A stretch of DNA of 64,000 bases from Nitrosopumilus sp. (GTDB taxonomy: Archaea; Thermoproteota; Nitrososphaeria; Nitrososphaerales; Nitrosopumilaceae), in the NCBI GenBank assembly GCA_965218785.1, contig OZ244650.1, positions 416,001 to 480,000 on the forward strand, given 5' to 3'. The notes below the pieces were generated by a model. The model made no database searches. It was given only the letters and a program-made list of their open reading frames with translations, and was not told the DNA's origin. Numbering within the stretch: position 1 is the first letter of the stretch; each line of letters begins with the position of its first letter. Made by a program: the position numbers and the translations under genes. This document shows, one piece after another, positions 59,946 through 64,000 of the stretch.

Positions 59946-60121
59946 GTTTACGCTCGAATTTGCACTATTTAAGGTTATGAAAAAATTTGTTGACTAAAAA
60001 AGAAAAAAGACTGCTTTTAACAAACTTCAGATTAGATATATATTAACCAGAATGTAAAATTTTGACAGTTTGTGTATATTATTTTCTATTACATTTAATG
60101 TTCTATGTGAGGGGTTTGTAG

Positions 60122-60373
60122 ATGGCAACTAAGAAAAACCAAATTCTGGTACCTGACCATATCTATGTTCCAAAACATGAAATTATCTCAAAACAGGAAG
60201 CCGAGGAAGTCATAAAAAAATACAATTGCAAACCGACTGAATTACCGCTAATCTTTGTAAACGATCCTGCGATTTTGGGGCTTGGTGTAAAACCAGGCGA
60301 TATGATTAAAATCACCCGAAAAAGCCCAACTGCCGGCAAGAGTTTCTATTACAGATATGTGGTGGAAGTATAA
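60122..60373 (+). CDS. rpoH: RNA polymerase subunit H (Rpo5)
   Basis: H..VPKHEI, LP.I...DP, GD..KI.RKSPTAG...YR.V. Confidence 0.96.
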   Translation: MATKKNQILVPDHIYVPKHEIISKQEAEEVIKKYNCKPTELPLIFVNDPAILGLGVKPGDMIKITRKSPTAGKSFYYRYVVEV

Positions 60374-63300
60374 TGGCAGATCCTTCCACAAAACGCTGGC
60401 CAATAATTCAAGATATCCTAAAACGTGAAGGTATTGCACGCCAACATCTTAATTCATTTGATGAATTTTTGGAGCGGGGACTACAAAGCATCATTGATGA
60501 AGTTGGACAGATTGATATTGAAAATGCCGAATACCCATACAAGATTCAATTAAGCAAAGTCAAACTTCAACAACCACGAATGATGGAACTTGACGGTTCC
60601 ATTACTCATATTACTCCTGCAGAAGCCCGACTGAGAAACGTTTCTTATTCTGCACCAGTAATGATGGAGGCCAGTGTTGTAGAGGATGGAAAAATTCTGG
60701 AATCCAGATTCGTCCATATTGGAGATGTCCCAGTTATGGCAAAATCAAATGCGTGCATCTTGCATAATTTCTCTAATCAAAAACTAGTTGAACATGGCGA
60801 AGATCCAAATGATCCCGGCGGTTACTTTATCATTAATGGTTCTGAAAGGGTAATTGTAGGATTAGAAGATCTTTCTTACAACAAGATCATTGTTGACAGA
60901 GAGACCTTGGGTGGAAATATTGTTTTCAAGGCCAAAGTATATTCTTCCATTGTGGGTTATCGTGCAAAATTAGAACTTGTCATGAAAAATGACGGATTAA
61001 TCGTTGCCAGAATTCCAGGTTCGCCTGTTGATATTCCGGTTGTAACATTGATGAGAGCGCTTGGATTGGAATCTGACCGAGAAATAGCCGCTGTAGTTTC
61101 TCTAGTAGACGACCTCCAAAATGAATTGGAAGGCTCGTTTGAAAAAGCAGGCGATGTTCCAACATCAAAAGATGCTATTGTCTACATTAGTAAAAGAATC
61201 GCACCTGGAATGTTAGAAGAATTCCAAATAAAGCGTGCTGAGACCCTGCTGGATTGGGGATTGCTGCCTCATTTGGGAAAGCATCCTGAAAACAGAAAAG
61301 AAAAAGCACAATTTCTAGGTGAAGCGGCATGCAAATTACTGGAATTAAAACTTGGATGGATTTACCCTGACGACAAGGATCATTATGGAAACAAAGTCAT
61401 AAAGTTTGCAGGACAGATGCTAGCAGATCTATTTAGAACTGCATTTAGAAACCTAGTCAGAGATATGAAGTACCAATTAGAGAGATCAGGACAAAAACGT
61501 GGAATCAACGCAGTAGCTGCGGCGATTCGTCCGGGAATAATTACTGACAAGCTAAACAATGCTATTGCGACTGGAAACTGGGGCAGAGGCCGTGTAGGTG
61601 TCACCCAGCTACTTGATCGAACCAATTACCTTTCAACAATTAGCCATCTTCGAAGAATTCAATCCCCTCTTAGCAGAACCCAGCCAAACTTTGAAGCACG
61701 AGACCTGCATGCCACCCACTTTGGAAGAATTTGCCCAAGTGAAACACCAGAGGGCTCAAACTGCGGTCTGGTAAAAAATCTGGCATTGTCTGGAATCATA
61801 TCTGTCAACGTTCCATCCGAAGAGATTATAGAAAAACTCTTTGACCTTGGAACCGTACACTTTTTTGATGCCAAGGAAGATTTGAAAAAAGACGGTACCA
61901 GAATATTCGTTGACGGCCGCTTGATTGGATATTACAAAGACGGTCAACAACTGGCAGAATCCCTTAGAGATCTTAGAAGAAATTCAAAGATTCATCCTCA
62001 CGTTGGCGTTTCATTCCATAAATCTGAAATTGAGGGTTCGACAAAAAGACTCTATGTAAATTGTAATGCGGGACGGGTTTTACGGCCTTTGATTATTATC
62101 AAGGACAGCAAGCCGTTGCTAACTCAAGAACTGCTAGATAAGATTTCAAAGAAGCTCCTTTCTTGGAATGATCTTTTGAGAATGGGTGTCTTGGAAATGA
62201 TTGATGCAAATGAAGAGGAAAACTGTTATGTTACTTTGGATGAAAAAAATACGAAAAAATATACCCACCTTGAAGTATTCCCACCGGCAATTCTAGGTGC
62301 AGGGGCCTCCATCATTCCATATCCTGAACACAACCAGTCCCCGAGAAATACATACGAGTCTGCAATGGCAAAACAGAGTCTGGGATTCTCCACACCCATG
62401 ATGAATACCAGCACATACGTCAGACAACATTTTATGCTATATCCACAAACCCCCATCGTTAACACCAAGGCGATGAATCTTTTGGGATTGGAAGACAGAC
62501 CAGCCGGTCAGAACTGTATTGTGGCAGTACTTCCATTTGACGGTTATAACATCGAAGATGCCATCGTACTTAGCAAATCATCAGTCGATAGGGGATTGGG
62601 CAGAACCTTCTTCTATAGAATCTATGATGCCGAAGCAAAACAGTATCCTGGCGGAATGCGTGACACTTTTGAGATTCCAAATGCTGAAGACAACATTAGA
62701 GGATACAAGGGTGAGCGTGCATATCGATTACTTGAGGAAGACGGGGTTGTAGCAGCTGAATCTCCAATAAAGGGAGGGGACATCCTGATCGGTAAAACCA
62801 GCCCTCCGAGATTTATGGAGGAATACAGGGAGTTTGAGTCTGCCGGTCCGTACAGGCGTGATACGTCCATTGGCGTCAGACCATCTGAAACAGGTGTGGT
62901 AGATACTGTTGTGATGACCCAATCAAACGAGGGTGGAAAGATGTACAAGATTAGGGCAAGGGATATGAGAATTCCTGAGATTGGCGACAAGTTTGCATCA
63001 AGACATGGACAAAAAGGGGTACTAGGTATTTTAGCTAAAGCAGAAGATCTGCCATATACTGCAGATGGAATATCCCCTGATGTTCTGATCAATCCCCACG
63101 CATTCCCCTCAAGAATGACTGTTGGAATGATGATGGAATCAATCTGTGGAAAGGCTGCTGCATTACGTGGAAAGAGATTTGACGGATCTGCGTTTGTAGG
63201 AGAAAAAATGGACGAAGTCAAAGAGGTAATGAACACGCATGGTTTTGAATATTCTGGCAAAGAAATTATGTATGATGGACGAACCGGAAAATCATTCCCA

Positions 63301-63720
63301 GTAGAGGTATTTATTGGAGTCGTATATTATCAAAAACTTCACCATATGGTTGCAGACAAAATTCATGCAAGGGCACGTGGCCAGGTTCAGATGCTGACCA
63401 AACAGCCTACTGAGGGAAGGGCAAGAGGCGGTGGATTAAGATTCGGTGAGATGGAAAGGGACTGTTTGATTGCTTATGGGGCTTCAATGATCCTCAAAGA
63501 CAGGTTGCTTGACGAGTCTGACAAATCTGACATTTTTGTTTGTGAAAGATGCGGTCTAGTAGCTTATCATGATGTTAAACAAAGAAAATATGTCTGCAGG
63601 GTATGCGGAGATAAAGCCAAAGTCTCGTCTGTATCAGTTGCATATGCATTCAAACTGCTCTTGCAAGAAATGCAAAGTCTGAATGTTGCACCACGATTGT
63701 TAATCAAGGAGAAGGTCTAA
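60373..63720 (+). CDS. rpoB: RNA polymerase subunit B (unsplit)
   Basis: GYFIINGSER, ETPEG, GDKFASRHGQKG, KLHHMV, GLRFGEMERD. Confidence 0.98.
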   Translation: MADPSTKRWPIIQDILKREGIARQHLNSFDEFLERGLQSIIDEVGQIDIENAEYPYKIQLSKVKLQQPRMMELDGSITHITPAEARLRNVSYSAPVMMEASVVEDGKILESRFVHIGDVPVMAKSNACILHNFSNQKLVEHGEDPNDPGGYFIINGSERVIVGLEDLSYNKIIVDRETLGGNIVFKAKVYSSIVGYRAKLELVMKNDGLIVARIPGSPVDIPVVTLMRALGLESDREIAAVVSLVDDLQNELEGSFEKAGDVPTSKDAIVYISKRIAPGMLEEFQIKRAETLLDWGLLPHLGKHPENRKEKAQFLGEAACKLLELKLGWIYPDDKDHYGNKVIKFAGQMLADLFRTAFRNLVRDMKYQLERSGQKRGINAVAAAIRPGIITDKLNNAIATGNWGRGRVGVTQLLDRTNYLSTISHLRRIQSPLSRTQPNFEARDLHATHFGRICPSETPEGSNCGLVKNLALSGIISVNVPSEEIIEKLFDLGTVHFFDAKEDLKKDGTRIFVDGRLIGYYKDGQQLAESLRDLRRNSKIHPHVGVSFHKSEIEGSTKRLYVNCNAGRVLRPLIIIKDSKPLLTQELLDKISKKLLSWNDLLRMGVLEMIDANEEENCYVTLDEKNTKKYTHLEVFPPAILGAGASIIPYPEHNQSPRNTYESAMAKQSLGFSTPMMNTSTYVRQHFMLYPQTPIVNTKAMNLLGLEDRPAGQNCIVAVLPFDGYNIEDAIVLSKSSVDRGLGRTFFYRIYDAEAKQYPGGMRDTFEIPNAEDNIRGYKGERAYRLLEEDGVVAAESPIKGGDILIGKTSPPRFMEEYREFESAGPYRRDTSIGVRPSETGVVDTVVMTQSNEGGKMYKIRARDMRIPEIGDKFASRHGQKGVLGILAKAEDLPYTADGISPDVLINPHAFPSRMTVGMMMESICGKAAALRGKRFDGSAFVGEKMDEVKEVMNTHGFEYSGKEIMYDGRTGKSFPVEVFIGVVYYQKLHHMVADKIHARARGQVQMLTKQPTEGRARGGGLRFGEMERDCLIAYGASMILKDRLLDESDKSDIFVCERCGLVAYHDVKQRKYVCRVCGDKAKVSSVSVAYAFKLLLQEMQSLNVAPRLLIKEKV

Positions 63721-64000
63721 TGTCTATTCAGGCAATAAAATCAATTGATGGTATTAGATTCTCGGTATGGTCTCCTACTGAAATCAGAAAATACTCTGTT
63801 GCAGAAATCACCGCACCTGAAACCTATGATGAGGATGGAATGTCTGTTCAAGGGGGTCTTATGGATGGCAGACTGGGAACCTTGGAGCCCGGACAGAAAT
63901 GTCTCACGTGTGGAAACACGGCGGCAAGATGTCCCGGACACTTTGGCCATATAGAACTTGCAGAACCTGTTTTACACATCGCATTTATCGACAATATTTA
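63720..64000 (+). CDS. rpoA1: RNA polymerase largest subunit A' (5' part, truncated by window)
   Basis: Hand translation MSIQAIKSIDGIRFSVWSPTEIRK...GGLMDGRLG...CLTCGNTAARCPGHFGHIEL; ATG overlaps the rpoB TAA. Confidence 0.95.
   Translation, partial: MSIQAIKSIDGIRFSVWSPTEIRKYSVAEITAPETYDEDGMSVQGGLMDGRLGTLEPGQKCLTCGNTAARCPGHFGHIELAEPVLHIAFIDNI

Noticed and set aside
62622-63260. 212-aa antisense ORF in rpoB, and the many other shadow ORFs (e.g. 25894-26424, 6340-6813, 32286-32594)
   Set aside because: They lie antisense to strong genes, are Ser/Ile/Phe-rich mirrors of codon bias, and have no motifs
63745-63954. 69-aa ORFs on both strands after rpoB
   Set aside because: They are alternative frames of the rpoA' 5' end, which starts at 63720

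Overview
This is a gene-dense window from an ammonia-oxidising archaeon (Nitrososphaerota, Nitrosopumilaceae-like). The assignment rests on the unsplit RpoB, the PEFG-CTERM and CFI-box-CTERM surface proteins, the transketolase-RPE fusion and the type-1 IDI. Most of it is core genome: rli1, 5S rRNA, pentose-phosphate genes, the rpoN-eno-rps2-mvk-ipk-idi-ggpps-gltX superoperon, rps13/rps4, glmS, rpoH-rpoB-rpoA', tRNA-His and tRNA-Leu. Accessory or unusual parts are: (1) an AT-rich patch after tRNA-His, with a Zn-ribbon ORF carrying a perfect 31-bp direct repeat; (2) a livHMGF transporter whose binding protein is a recent internal tandem duplication with a (MMREEE)8 stalk; (3) a two-domain multicopper oxidase-ZIP operon behind three DtxR-like boxes at a 19-bp period; (4) a larB/mdh/larC-larE-iscS nickel-pincer cofactor cluster with no larA in the window, next to a GDGT-ring-synthase-like radical SAM gene; (5) four PEFG-CTERM genes, three of which share a near-identical ~100-bp 3' cassette. 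I also read three plausible micro-proteins that the ORF track missed. I saw no transposase, integrase, cas gene or true CRISPR array. All calls come from motif recognition by eye; no searches were run.
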